Positions 33,080-45,400 of a stretch of DNA of 64,000 nucleotides are shown piece after piece. This DNA is from Ascoidea asiatica JCM 7603 (lineage: Eukaryota > Fungi > Ascomycota), in NCBI GenBank assembly GCA_001600695.1, contig BCKQ01000003.1, forward strand, positions 1,766,392-1,830,391. The letters are read 5' to 3'. Positions within the stretch are counted from its first letter, which is position 1. Every line of letters begins with the position of its first letter. The notes below the pieces were generated by a model. The model had not been told where the DNA came from. It made no database searches and was given only the letters and a program-made list of their open reading frames with translations. The position numbers and the translations under genes are program-made.

Positions 33080-35665
33080 ATGGGTAAAAGAGCTGAAAAG
33101 AAAAATAGTAAAGGTCGTTTAGATAGATATTATTACTTGGCTAAAGAAAAAGGTTACAGAGCTCGTTCTGCCTTCAAACTTTTACAAATAAATGAGAAAT
33201 ATGGTCATTTTATGGAAAAGTCGAAAGTCGTTATCGATTTATGTGCTGCACCAGGTTCATGGTGTCAAGTTGCTCATCAATTATGTCCTGTAAAATCTTT
33301 GATCATAGGTGTGGATATCGTTCCAATGAGAAACTTACAAGGATGTATTACTGTTCAGTCTGATATAACAACAGATGACTGTCGATCAAAATTAAGAGGA
33401 TATATGAAAACATGGAAAGCAGATACTGTTCTTCATGATGGTGCACCTAATGTTGGTAGTGATTGGGTACATGATGCTTTTACTCAATCTGAGTTAACTT
33501 TAAGGTCCTTACAGTTGGCTGTTGAAAATTTAGCTCCAGGTGGAACTTTCGTTACAAAAATTTTCAGATCAAAAGATTATAATAATTTATTATGGGTTTT
33601 TAATCAATTATTTGATAAAGTTGAAGCAACAAAACCACCAGCTTCAAGAAATGTTTCTGCAGAAATTTTTGTAATTTGTAAAGGTTTTAAAGCCCCTAAG
33701 AAATTAGATCAAAAATTTTTAGATCCCAAGAATGTCTTTGAAGAGTTACCAGATGGGCCTGTTAATAATGAAGCAAAAGTTTTCAATCCTGATAAAAAAG
33801 TCAGAAGAAGAGAAGGTTATCAAGAAGGAGATTATACTCTTTTTAATGCAGAACCTGTAATGGACTTTATAACATCTGAGGAGCCAATAAATTTCATTGG
33901 TGGTGCAAATAAACTTATAATTGATCCAGAAGATGAAAATTGGAAACTAATAAAAAGATTAAAAAAAACTACCCCGGAATTAAAGGAATGCTTGAAAGAT
34001 TTGAAAGTTTTAGGAAAAAATGATTTCAAAAGAATATTGACATGGAGAAAAGCTGTTAGAAAATTATTGAATATCAAAGATGAGTCTGAAAAAGAAAAAT
34101 TAGAAGTTGAAGTTAAGCCTTTAACAGAAGAAGAGCAAATTCAAAAAGAATTAGATGGTTTGAAAGAGAAAAAAGAAGCAAAGAGGAAAAGAGAAAAAAG
34201 AAAGAAAAATGAAACCAAGCAGAAAGAAATTACAAGATTACAAATGAATATGCTAAATCCAACTGATATTGGATTTGAAGCTTTTGAAAATGATGTTTCC
34301 TTATTTAGTTTGAAAAGTGCTGAAAAAACTGGGAAATTAAATGATTTAATTAAAGGAAAAATTAGAATTGCTGATGAAGATTTAGAAAGGGAATCTAAAT
34401 ACCAGCAGTTAGATACAGATATAAATATTGATAATATGAATGTTGAAGAACTTAAAAAGTTTCAGATAGCTTTATCAGATGGTGGTAAGAAAAACAAAAA
34501 TATAAAAATAATAGACGTTGATGAAAATGATGATGATTTAGAAGATGAATTGGATGGTATGTATAAAAGATTCAAAGAGCATAAACAATCCATCAAAGAG
34601 AAATTACAAAATCCTGTAGATGATTCCGATTTTGAAGGTTTTGATGATAAAGATGATGAAAAGAACAGTGAGAGTGAATCAGAATCTGATTTTAATATTT
34701 CTATGGGAGAAGAAAATGATAATATTAGTGATAATGAAGATGAATCTGAAAATGTTGTTGATAATTTAATTGTCTCTTCATTAAAACCCAAGCCTGGTAG
34801 TAAATTAAGTAGGAAAGCAGAATTATTGTTTGGAAATTCTATTTTTAGTGAAGTTGCAGAAGATTTAGATAATATTGATTTAATTTCAAACGAGAAAAAA
34901 AGTAATGAACTAAATTCAAAAGGAAAAATAACAAATACTGTTTCAGATTGGGATATTGATAGTTCCGATGATGAAAAAGAAAAGGGAGGATTTGAAGTTG
35001 TATCAAGCGAACATAATTCAGACGTGGATATTGATAGTGGTGATGAGAGTGATGACAACAATAATAAAATGAAAAAAGGCATGTCACATCAAGAAAAGAT
35101 TAATATAGTAACAGCCGAAGCTATGACTTTGGCCCATAATGTGGCACTTGGAAAAGTTACTAAACATGATTTAATTGATCAAGGATATAATAGATACTCT
35201 TTCAGAGATATCGAGGGAGTCCCTGAATGGTTTGTAGAAGATGAAAAGAAGCATTCTAAAATTTCTAAACCAGTTACAAAAGAAGCAGCTATGGCTATTA
35301 AAGAAAAACTACGAACATTGAATACAAGACCTATTAAAAAAGTAATAGAGGCACAAGGAAGAAAGAAAATGAGAGCCTTAAGAAGAATTGAAAAAATGAA
35401 GAAAAAGTCTGATTCAATCGTTGATGACGGATCTAAAACTGAAAAGGATAAAGCTGAGGAAATCAATAAAATGTTAAGAAAAATGACCAAGAAGCCTGCT
35501 CAAAGACCTAAAGTAACATTGGTTGTTGCAAGTGGTAATAACAAAGGATTGGCTGGAAGGCCCAGAGGTGTCAAAGGTAAGTATAAGATGGTTGATGGTG
35601 TTATGAAAAATGAGCAGAGAGCGTTACGTCGTATTGAGAAAAAGCACGCTAAGAGGAAACATTAG
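33080..35665 (+). CDS. SPB1: 27S pre-rRNA 2'-O-methyltransferase Spb1 (FtsJ family)
   Basis: 'GRLDRYYYLAKEKGYRARSAFKL', 'IDLCAAPGSW', 'VLHDGAPNVG', 'KPPASRNVSAEIFV', C-terminal 'GRPRGVKGKYKMVD'. Confidence 0.97.
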   Translation: MGKRAEKKNSKGRLDRYYYLAKEKGYRARSAFKLLQINEKYGHFMEKSKVVIDLCAAPGSWCQVAHQLCPVKSLIIGVDIVPMRNLQGCITVQSDITTDDCRSKLRGYMKTWKADTVLHDGAPNVGSDWVHDAFTQSELTLRSLQLAVENLAPGGTFVTKIFRSKDYNNLLWVFNQLFDKVEATKPPASRNVSAEIFVICKGFKAPKKLDQKFLDPKNVFEELPDGPVNNEAKVFNPDKKVRRREGYQEGDYTLFNAEPVMDFITSEEPINFIGGANKLIIDPEDENWKLIKRLKKTTPELKECLKDLKVLGKNDFKRILTWRKAVRKLLNIKDESEKEKLEVEVKPLTEEEQIQKELDGLKEKKEAKRKREKRKKNETKQKEITRLQMNMLNPTDIGFEAFENDVSLFSLKSAEKTGKLNDLIKGKIRIADEDLERESKYQQLDTDINIDNMNVEELKKFQIALSDGGKKNKNIKIIDVDENDDDLEDELDGMYKRFKEHKQSIKEKLQNPVDDSDFEGFDDKDDEKNSESESESDFNISMGEENDNISDNEDESENVVDNLIVSSLKPKPGSKLSRKAELLFGNSIFSEVAEDLDNIDLISNEKKSNELNSKGKITNTVSDWDIDSSDDEKEKGGFEVVSSEHNSDVDIDSGDESDDNNNKMKKGMSHQEKINIVTAEAMTLAHNVALGKVTKHDLIDQGYNRYSFRDIEGVPEWFVEDEKKHSKISKPVTKEAAMAIKEKLRTLNTRPIKKVIEAQGRKKMRALRRIEKMKKKSDSIVDDGSKTEKDKAEEINKMLRKMTKKPAQRPKVTLVVASGNNKGLAGRPRGVKGKYKMVDGVMKNEQRALRRIEKKHAKRKH

Positions 35666-36411
35666 TGATTGTTTCGAATTCTCAAAGAATTTATACTATA
35701 TATTTCAAAATCATACAATCAACCGACCAACTGTGAGTTTTTTATTCAAAGAACAAGTAGTATATGTTAATGTAGTTATAAACAAGAAGTGAAAAAGTTT
35801 TTTTGCTTTCTTGTAAGTAAATGTTTTCTACACGTTTGAAATATTTTCATTGTAGAACAAATAAATAGAAAAATCCTCTCACTTCAAAAATTCTGTTCTA
35901 TTCACAAACTGGATAACTGCAAATTACAAACTTACAAAGTGAATTTGCCTTTGATGAGCGTATTTTGTTTTTCGTTTTTTAGTTTTTTAGTTTTCGCGGA
36001 TTTCTTTATTTTTATTTTTTCACTTTTCTATTCACTGTTTACATTAGGATTACTTGTTTACCTTTGGGCTGTTTTAGGAAACGGATTGATTTTTGGTGGT
36101 TTGGCATAATAAATTCGTTAATTAATTGAAATAACTAATTGTAATTAGTTATTTTTTTTTAATAAAAAAAGTATCGAATAAAAGATAGAATAAATTATAA
36201 TAGCAAACCGAATTAAATTAAAGATATTATCCTCTCAATGATATTGGGAATAACAAATTAACAATTACTAGCCACACCATTTTTTCATTGTTCAACATTA
36301 TCAATTTTAACCACTCTAAATTCTCAATATAAGCGCTTAAATATAACTAACTATTTTGGTCACAAATTATAAAAAAAAAAATATTACATCAAGAATAACA
36401 AATATATAATA

Positions 36412-36948
36412 ATGGCGAGAAGTACGTCAAATAAAACTCCACGAAAGCATAGCAGAACCACACCCAAGACTTCAAGGATATCTGGAAAAATATCAAAATC
36501 AACTACAAGTGGTAAATCCAAAGAACGACAGCATCGAGAAACAAATGATGAATCGGAATCAGAATCAGAACAGGATCAAATGTCAGTTCAAAGAAATCAG
36601 CCTGGTGATCCTGTAATAACTAGTGACAATACCACAACTTCGAAACCCAGGAGATATAGACCAGGAACAGTTGCATTGAAAGAAATAAGAAGATATCAAA
36701 AATCAACAAATTTGTTACTTCGAAAGTTGCCTTTTGCAAGATTGATAAGAGAAATAGCAAGTGAGTTCACTGGAGAAGGAGAACAACTAAGGTGGCAGAG
36801 CTTTGCCATTTTAGCATTACAGGAAGCTAGTGAAGCATTTCTAATAAATTTATTTGAAGACACTAATTTATGTGCTCTTCATGCCAAAAGAGTGACCATT
36901 ATGCAAAAAGATATACAATTAGCAAGAAGAATAAGGGGACGTGACTGA
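36412..36948 (+). CDS. CSE4: Centromeric histone H3 variant CENP-A/Cse4
   Basis: H3 fold with divergent N-tail, extended loop 1 '[13 protein letters not shown]' (W instead of H3 F), 'RNQPGD' motif as in Candida Cse4, 'TIMQKD'. Confidence 0.93.
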   Translation: MARSTSNKTPRKHSRTTPKTSRISGKISKSTTSGKSKERQHRETNDESESESEQDQMSVQRNQPGDPVITSDNTTTSKPRRYRPGTVALKEIRRYQKSTNLLLRKLPFARLIREIASEFTGEGEQLRWQSFAILALQEASEAFLINLFEDTNLCALHAKRVTIMQKDIQLARRIRGRD

Positions 36949-37415
36949 TTATCGATGATGGCTTATTCTTCTTTGTATTGCTTTTAATTTTACCTTTGTT
37001 TTTACTTTCTTCATGTATTTTTTTAAAAATGATTATTTTTTTTATTATCTTTTTAATTTTTTTTTTTCTTAATTTTTAATTTTATTCTTACTTTTGTTGT
37101 TGAACGCTTTTCTGGAGGTTATATTATTGCTTCTAATAATCAAATTCTTTCTTATATTTTAATTTCTTGATCAATGTTTTGTTATTTTTATTTTTTCTGT
37201 GCCTTGCAGCTTTGATTAAAAACTATTTCTTATACAAGGATAGATGCTATTTCTATAATTTTATTTGTTTTGTAATTGTAAAGTCTTATCAATTGTAATA
37301 TTACATGTTTTTCATTGTTTATCATGATATAAATATATATACAGGCCAATAATAAATATAAAAAGTTCTTAATAACAGAAGAATAATACTATAAATAAAG
37401 TATATTCTATCAATT

Positions 37416-39887
37416 CTAAATAGATTTATTATCTAAATATTTGTCAAAAGCATCATTTCGTTCAGGGAATGGACGCTTTCCTAATAATCTTATCATATCC
37501 TCTCTTGTGATTACTTCTTTTGTCAATAACTCTTGAGCAACAAGTTCAACTTCTGCAGCTTTTTCTTCTAGTAATTTCTTGCAACGATCGTGACATTCAC
37601 GGACAATCCTTAATACTTCCGAGTCAATTATTTGAGCAGTTTCTTCACTGAATGGTTTTGTAAAATCATTATCATTTTTACTTTCATAATTAATTGGACC
37701 AATCTTGTCACTCATTCCTAAAGAGGTCACCATAGCTGTTGCCATTCTAGTTACCTTTTTGAAATCATCAGAAGCACCACTTGTAACTGATGAAAAGTGT
37801 AATTCTTCTGATACTCTACCACCAAGAGCCATAGTTAATCTATCATGAAGCTGCTGGACAGACATTAAATAAAGATCACCTGGTAAATATTGAGCATATC
37901 CTAAAGCACCTTGCCCACGAGGGATGATACTAACTTTTAACAAAGGATCAGCAAATTTCAAAAACCAGCCGCAAATAGCATGTCCAGCCTCATGGTATGC
38001 AACAACTTTCTTTTCTTCCATAGAAAGTAATTTTGTTTTTCTTTCAATACCACCAATAACTCTTTCAATAGCCATCTCAAAATGGTTTAATTGAACATCA
38101 TCACATTCTTTTCTTGCAGCAATTAGAGCAGCTTCGTTACAAACATTAGCAATATCAGCACCTGAAAACCCGGGGGTTAATGCAGCTAATCTTCCATTTA
38201 GTTCATTGACATCATTATGTAATTTGATCTGTTTCAAATGAACGTTGAAAATTTCTTTTCTTCCTTCAAGTTCAGGATTATCAATAGTTATATGTCTATC
38301 AAATCTTCCAGGTCTTAATAAAGCCGAATCTAAAACATCTGGTCTATTTGTACCTGATAAAACAACGACATGATCGGATGTTGAAAAACCATCCATTTCA
38401 ACTAATAACTGATTAAGAGTGGTTTCTCTTTCGTCATTAGCACCACCTCCTAATCCACCTTTAGTTCTAGCTTTACCAATTGCATCAATTTCGTCAACAA
38501 AAATAATCGATGGAGCATTTTCTCTAGCAGTTTTAAACAAATCTCTAACACGTGAAGCACCTACTCCAACAAACATTTCAACAAACTCAGATCCAGATAC
38601 AGAAAAGAAAGGAACCCCAGCTTCACCTGCAGTAGCTCTGGCTAATAAAGTTTTACCAGTACCTGGAGGACCAGACAAAATGGCACCTCTAGGAATTTTT
38701 GCACCTAACTTTTCATATTTCTTTGGGTTCTTCAAAAATTTTACAAATTCCATAATTTCTTCTTTTGCTTCGTCACAACCAGCGACATCTTTGAAAGAAA
38801 TTTTGATATCAGTTTCCTGATTAAATCTTTTGGCTTTAGATTTTCCGACTCCGAATATTCCGCCTGATCCAGAAGATCCAGAACCTAACCCAGAGGCAGA
38901 TTTTTTAGTTAACCAAAATAAACCACCAATCATTAATAGAGTAGGAAGAAATTGAAACAATGATTTCAAAAGGTTTCCTTCTTGTATATATACAATTGGA
39001 ACTCTAAAATCTTCAAGAACATTATTCTCATTTTGAGCTTTTTCAAGCTTTCTTTCAAAAGAATCAATTGAACCAATGGCAAAGTAATAATAAAATTCGG
39101 ATTCAGTGCTTGAAATAAAAGGTAAATTTTGTTTTCCAGCATCATTCAAAATAACTTTTGCAAATGATTTATTTATAACAATGATTTTTTTAACAAAATT
39201 TTTATCTAATAAATTTGATCTGAATTCTTGAAAAGATATTTCTTTTGAATTGGAAGAACCCATAGTTAAGAATTGAATTAATGCTAAAAACCCAAGAGAG
39301 AAAAAAACTAATTGAACAAAGGAAATTTGAAACACTTTAACATTACCTTTACCTTTTTTTAAGTTTTCAAGCTCTTTTTTGGCTTTTTCTGGATCAGTTG
39401 AAAATTCAATTTTAAACTTAGAAAATGGATTACTAGATTTATTATCGAATTGTTTTCGTAGATCATCAGTTTGATTTTTATCTTCAGACTCAGATTTCTT
39501 TGAATTTTTCACTTCTTCCGATTCTTTAGCAGTTTTAGAAGCATTTGATTTATTAATTAAATCCTGAATTTTTTTAAATATTTCATCATCAATGTCATCA
39601 TTTTTGTTCTTTTTATCTTGATTTTTTTTAGGATCATCAGGCATAGACTGCTTCTGGAAAGTAAAGGAATATGAATGGAAATTACGATTATGAAGATTTC
39701 GTGACTGTATAAAAGAATTTGAAAAAGTACTTGAATAAAGAGAGTTCATGGAAGAATATGAATTAAATGTTGATTTGGAATTTAGTGAAGAAAGCCCCAA
39801 AATTGGAATTTTTTTTCGCAAATTAAACTCTATCAAATTCTTTATTGATATTTTTCCATTTTTTAAAACGCTTATACTCATAGACAT
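37416..39887 (-). CDS. YTA12: Mitochondrial m-AAA protease subunit Yta12/Rca1 (FtsH family)
   Basis: First ATG at 39887; two TM segments, Walker A 'GPPGTGKT', 'DEIDAIG', HEXXH 'HEAGH'; C-terminal '[18 protein letters not shown]' is Yta12-type rather than Afg3-type. Confidence 0.88.
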   Translation of the reverse strand: MSMSISVLKNGKISIKNLIEFNLRKKIPILGLSSLNSKSTFNSYSSMNSLYSSTFSNSFIQSRNLHNRNFHSYSFTFQKQSMPDDPKKNQDKKNKNDDIDDEIFKKIQDLINKSNASKTAKESEEVKNSKKSESEDKNQTDDLRKQFDNKSSNPFSKFKIEFSTDPEKAKKELENLKKGKGNVKVFQISFVQLVFFSLGFLALIQFLTMGSSNSKEISFQEFRSNLLDKNFVKKIIVINKSFAKVILNDAGKQNLPFISSTESEFYYYFAIGSIDSFERKLEKAQNENNVLEDFRVPIVYIQEGNLLKSLFQFLPTLLMIGGLFWLTKKSASGLGSGSSGSGGIFGVGKSKAKRFNQETDIKISFKDVAGCDEAKEEIMEFVKFLKNPKKYEKLGAKIPRGAILSGPPGTGKTLLARATAGEAGVPFFSVSGSEFVEMFVGVGASRVRDLFKTARENAPSIIFVDEIDAIGKARTKGGLGGGANDERETTLNQLLVEMDGFSTSDHVVVLSGTNRPDVLDSALLRPGRFDRHITIDNPELEGRKEIFNVHLKQIKLHNDVNELNGRLAALTPGFSGADIANVCNEAALIAARKECDDVQLNHFEMAIERVIGGIERKTKLLSMEEKKVVAYHEAGHAICGWFLKFADPLLKVSIIPRGQGALGYAQYLPGDLYLMSVQQLHDRLTMALGGRVSEELHFSSVTSGASDDFKKVTRMATAMVTSLGMSDKIGPINYESKNDNDFTKPFSEETAQIIDSEVLRIVRECHDRCKKLLEEKAAEVELVAQELLTKEVITREDMIRLLGKRPFPERNDAFDKYLDNKSI

Positions 39888-40363
39888 TGTATATATCTTT
39901 ATTTTTTTACCCACCCTTTTTTCACTTTTTTTTACTTTTTAAATTATTGCCTCCTTATAAAAAAAATAAAAAATTCCTAATTAACAACTAGGAGGTAGTG
40001 AATTTAGCTTGATGAATATTTTCTTTCTGAGTTTCAGAAACTTCTTCTTCCTTAATATGAAGAATAATATCGATTTAAAAGCAAACAGAAAAATTATGAT
40101 AAATACTAATAGAGTTATTCAATTGATCTAATAAACAATTTGGTAACTTTAGTAATTGATAGGGCAAATACAGTTTTTTACTACTGAATATTATTCTCAA
40201 TAATTAATAAATCTCAATCCCCGGCAGAAAATGTTACCACGTGATCCTTACTGAATTTATGAATAAAAATCAAAACTAATAAAATTTGGTAAAGCTTACA
40301 ATTTACAATAAGAAAAGATTTTTGGTATTCAATAAAAGAAGCAGCTGTATTAAAATTAAAGAT

Positions 40364-41620
40364 ATGTTTTCGATTAGTGATATCGTAGAAAGAGATATAA
40401 ACACTCCACCTGAGGCACCTACAATAAGTAACACCAAGCCTAAGAGGCTGATAACACCTAGAAAGTCATCAAATTGGAGAAATAGATTAAATAAGAAAAA
40501 TATAACTTCAACATCAGGCTCAAATTCCATATCCAGGTCAAAAAGTATTACTGTTCAAGAAAATGAAAACCAAGAACTAAGTGAGATTGAGAAAATCAAT
40601 CTTGAAAACTTAAAGAAGCTAAGCATGATGACTCCAGAAGAAATTAATAAAGAGAAAGCTGAATTGATGAGTACTTTGGATCCCAATATTATCAAGCTTT
40701 TGATGAACAAAAAATCCAAGAAAGCAGATGAATATTTAGCTAAACAAGGCAAAGAATTGAAAGAAGAGAAAAAATCAGAAATAATTGGCGATGAAACAAC
40801 ATTTGATCATAAAATTATTGCAAATAAAAAGACTGTTCGTTTTCAAGAAGATAGCGAGAAATTAAATAACACATATGGTGGCAAATCGAATCAAAAGAGC
40901 GATTTAGATAGTAATAAACTTATACAATCTGACAATATAAACCTACATTTTTTAAAACCTTCTAAAGATAGTGCTGAAAATGTGGATAATACTTCCGATA
41001 GTCCATTTCTTGATATAAATGACCCAAATTTTCAAGAAAAAATGCACGAAAAATATTTTCCAGACTTACCTAAAGACGTTGAAAAACTAAAATGGATGCA
41101 ACCTGTTGAAAAAAATGAAGATAATATAGATGAAAAAGACAAATCATTTATTTATAATGGGGTAAAAGAATTAAGATTTGATTTCAAAGGAAATTTAATA
41201 GTTCAAGGTCATTTGGACACAAAACAGGACAATTTTCAAAACGGATTATATAATCATTCCTCTCATCCTGATTTACCTGGATATACATTAGATGAACTAT
41301 CGAGATTGAGTAGATCATCATTTAGTCCACAACGTTGTATAGCTATTCAAACCATTGGTAGAATTTTATATAAATTTAATACGGACAGCTATAAAAAAAT
41401 AATAAAAATCGAAGATTCACCTTATGAAGAATTTTCGAAAGAGTTCGAACTAATATTTGAAAAGCTCCAAATAATAGAAACTTTGTATGAATCTTCAGAT
41501 GAAAAATTAACTAAAAATTTAAGTGTAAGGAATTACGCATTAGATGCTATATGGTTATTCAATTCATCCAAAGATAATTTGGCAACAAAATCTGAGCAGA
41601 AAAAGCATGATTTTCTCTAG
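40364..41620 (+). CDS. RBA50: RNA polymerase II assembly factor Rba50 (RPAP1 family)
   Basis: ATG at 40364; 'SDIVERD', 'INLENLKKLSMMTPEEINKEKAELM', 'HEKYFPDLP', 'LRFDFKG', 'PGYTLDELSRLSRSSFSPQRCIAIQTIGRILY'. Confidence 0.9.
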   Translation: MFSISDIVERDINTPPEAPTISNTKPKRLITPRKSSNWRNRLNKKNITSTSGSNSISRSKSITVQENENQELSEIEKINLENLKKLSMMTPEEINKEKAELMSTLDPNIIKLLMNKKSKKADEYLAKQGKELKEEKKSEIIGDETTFDHKIIANKKTVRFQEDSEKLNNTYGGKSNQKSDLDSNKLIQSDNINLHFLKPSKDSAENVDNTSDSPFLDINDPNFQEKMHEKYFPDLPKDVEKLKWMQPVEKNEDNIDEKDKSFIYNGVKELRFDFKGNLIVQGHLDTKQDNFQNGLYNHSSHPDLPGYTLDELSRLSRSSFSPQRCIAIQTIGRILYKFNTDSYKKIIKIEDSPYEEFSKEFELIFEKLQIIETLYESSDEKLTKNLSVRNYALDAIWLFNSSKDNLATKSEQKKHDFL

Positions 41621-41741
41621 ACTACCAGATGAAGTGATTTTAGATATAAAGCACCAGATTCAGAAAAAAAACTAAATAGGCTTTCTGAATAAACAATTTT
41701 TCAGTCATAAAGTAAGATTTATTTCTTGATAACCTTTTTTA

Positions 41742-42083
41742 TTAAATATCTTTATCATTTTTAATTGATTTCTTCTTTTCGTAAAAAAGGTCACTTCTAC
41801 TGCTACCAATGTTTATAATTCGTGGGCACCCTCCCCTATTTTTTTCTAACATACAACATTCAGAACAATAATAAGCATTAGAAACACCAGGGTTATTACA
41901 CAAAATGCATTTTGAGTTCTTTGAATTAATAAATGCGCATTCATCACAAACTCGTACCTTTTCTGTTGGATTTACATAGGAATCGCAAATAGGACATCTA
42001 CCATCACATTTTTCACAAACCTTCCCAATATTTGTTCCTGGTTGCTTCAAACACATTATTAGATCGTATTGATGACGCGACAT
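41742..42083 (-). CDS. RDS3: U2 snRNP SF3b subunit Rds3/PHF5A
   Basis: 'MSRHQYDLIMCLKQPG..CEKCDGRCPICDS..GCPRIINIGSSRSDLFY'. Confidence 0.96.
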   Translation of the reverse strand: MSRHQYDLIMCLKQPGTNIGKVCEKCDGRCPICDSYVNPTEKVRVCDECAFINSKNSKCILCNNPGVSNAYYCSECCMLEKNRGGCPRIINIGSSRSDLFYEKKKSIKNDKDI

Positions 42084-42492
42084 TGCAAAGTTTTCAGTAA
42101 TTGTTTCAAAGTTTATATAAAAACAAACAAACTAGTAATTATTTTACCAAATCATTTTCAAAACTTCATGTTGAAGTAGAGTAATAGCTAAAAGTTTTAG
42201 TTTTACTCAAATCTCTCAATAAACTCAAGAATTGTTTTGGACCGTTGAACGAAAAAAAAGATCGAGTCACGTTATATTATATAATCAATGTATTGAATTG
42301 TGATTTGACTTGCTCCCATTTTATTTTGAATTTAAGTTACCGATTGATTGCTATTTGGGAAATAACTGTTATCTAAGTGAAAATAAAAAGAGAAGAAAAT
42401 CTTTAATTTTATTGGAAGTGATTTAAAAGTAATTTGAAAATAATTATGTTGATTTAATAGTTTTCCCAGGATTAGTTCAGGTAACGTTTTAA

Positions 42493-45400
42493 ATGAATGG
42501 GCAGTTTTCAAAAAATAACAAGTCTCAAGATAATGATGACAATGAAGATGTTCTTAATTCCTTGCTTAACCAAGTTAATGATTTTGATCCAGCTGCTAGT
42601 GTAAATTTAGCATCTTTTGATCCAACAACTTTAGTTGATATCGGGTCTACAAAACATGCTGTAGATGCAATTGATTTTGAAGACGAGGATGAATTGGCTG
42701 ATGATGAATTGGTTAATGAAGAAGACAATGATATTGACATGTCAGGCATAAAAAAAGATGATGATGACGATGCCGATAATGATTTTTTTAAATCCTTGCA
42801 AACAGAAGCATTTGGCGATAATGTTGGTGATTTCAATAATTCTAATAAAAATAGAGTCAATGAGTTTAACTCCAACTTTAATAAATCTGTAAATGATCCT
42901 GATATAAGGAATAGTACTAATGGTGCACTAGACATAAGAGATTCCAGTAAAATTCCTTTCGATCAATTATCCACAAGGCCAGAAACTGCTACCAGTGAAT
43001 TTAATAGCCTTTTCAATGATATTACTAATTCAAAGGATAATATGGTAGATTTTTCAAAAATAGATCTTGGTGGCAGTATGAATGCTGATAACATTCAGAA
43101 TAATCTTTTAATAAATGGAGATTTTAATGAATTTGATAATTTGGAATTTGACTTTGAGACTACCAATAAAGATTCTTTAGGTCATTTGGCATTACCAATA
43201 TTAAGTTCAGAAGTGGATGATCTTCCGGAATCTTCAAGTACATATATAAATCCTTTTTCTATTAAGTCTGATAATCTGGAAGATGAATTAAGAAAAGAAG
43301 AGTTGGAAGAACTAGAAAAACAAAAAAAACTCAAAAAACAACAACGAGAAAAGGAAATGAATGATTTTTATTTGAAATTTTATCATCCAACTTTTAATAA
43401 GACATCAAAAAGATTGGATATAAGTTCACTATTTGGACCAAGACCCTCTTACCTGAACAGACACAATAATAATAATCCCAAAATAGTAAAACCTTTAATC
43501 CCAAATAAAGTCAATATAGAAGTAGCTATAGATCAAGTTAAAATATTTGGGGTTAATCAATCCTCCAAATTGAAAGTAACTCAGACTCCACAAATTGACG
43601 ATGATCTGTATTTAGGCCAAACAATTATCAATATTGAAAATATGTCTTTGCCTAATAATTCTAATGATAATAAAGATGCAGAAATAAACGATCCAGATGA
43701 TAGCTTTAAGCAAAAGAAAAAATTTGATAATATAATTGAGAATGACTTAATATTAGCTACCACCGATTGGGATTATGATTCAATAATAGGAAAAAGTGAT
43801 TCTGAAACTGAATTAGAAACACATTCCAGTATAACAAAAGAAGGTTTTGAGAAAATTGAGAGTTTTCCTTATGATGATAAAATTAGTACTGATGAAAGCG
43901 ATGACCTATTGCTTCCTCTCGACGATTCTACTTCAACTGAATCGGATGATGATATAAAAGAATCCAGTTACTCAGCTTCTTCATTTGAGTATCTTCAACC
44001 TGCAAAAAAGAAGTTTAAATTGCAATTAGACTTAAATGATCCCGAATTATTATTCAATGGTACTCAAATAACTGGTTATTCCAATATTTCTAAAAGGTTA
44101 AATATGTCAAAGGCAAAACAAATAGCTCAAATCCCTACTAATGAAAAGCAGTTGCTATTACGTTTTAATTTCTCCAATGATTCCCAATATTCAATACTAA
44201 ACGAAAACTATCACAGCAAAGTTAGAAATTTGATTGGAAATTTGCAAATAGATCATGGAATGCCAGCTTTGAAATTACAATCTCCACATTATCCTGTTAA
44301 GTTGACTAAACAACAAATGAGATATTTTCATAGAGATAGGTTTATTATCCGATCAAATACAATTATGAAATTTTCTAAGGTAAAACTTAGAAAGAGGAAA
44401 ACTTTTAAGAATAAAAGTATAAATGAAATTTTCTCAACTACTGTGGATTTATCTTTGGCTGATAGTCTTAATTATGTACTTCTTGAGTATTCTGAAGAAA
44501 TGCCTTTAGTGCTAAATAAATTTGGAATGTCTTCTAAGATTATCAACTATTATAGAAAAGCTTTCAATGATGATTCCAAAAGACCAAAATTACCTGTAGG
44601 TGAAACTCAGGTACTAGGAATTCAAGATAGATCACCATTTTGGAACTTTGGACTTGTAGAAAGTGGTCAAATTGTTCCTACTCTATATAATAAATTGATT
44701 AGAGCTCCAATATTCAAGCATGATGCTAAGTCTACAGACTTTCTTTTGATTAGGCAAAAATATTCATCAAACTCCAAGTATTTTCTTCGTTCAATCCCAT
44801 TCTTATTTGTTGTTGGGCAAGAGTTACCAGTTGTAGAAATACCTTCTCCTCATTCAAGAAAAGTTACCGCTGTTTCCAAAAATAGACTTAAAATGATTGT
44901 ATTTAGAGCATTGAATAAAAGTGATGGACAAAGATTGAAGGTAGGTGATATAGCCGTTCATTTTCCAGATCAAAATGATATGCAAAACAGGCAAAGATTA
45001 AAAGAATTCATGGAATATCAAAGAAGTGGTGAAGACCAAGGGTATTGGAAAATAAAAAATACAGAAGTTGTTCTTCCAAACTTTAATGAAATCAGATCTA
45101 TGATTAAACCTGAAGACATAACTCTTCTAGAAAGCATGCAGGTTGGGCAGCAATATATTGAAGACTCTTTATTATATAACTCTTCAAGAATTAATTTGAA
45201 TAATTTTTCAAAACTTATTAAATTTGTCAATGATAATAATGGAAATTCTTTTTTGAGAAATCCTGAACAAAAGTTTACAATTACTCAGATTAATGATCTT
45301 CAACTTGCTTTGAAATTTAGTAAAGGGGAGTCTGACACTGATAATAATACCAAGAACCTTTTACTTGAAGAAGAAGAAAAATCACCATGGAATTTAACCA

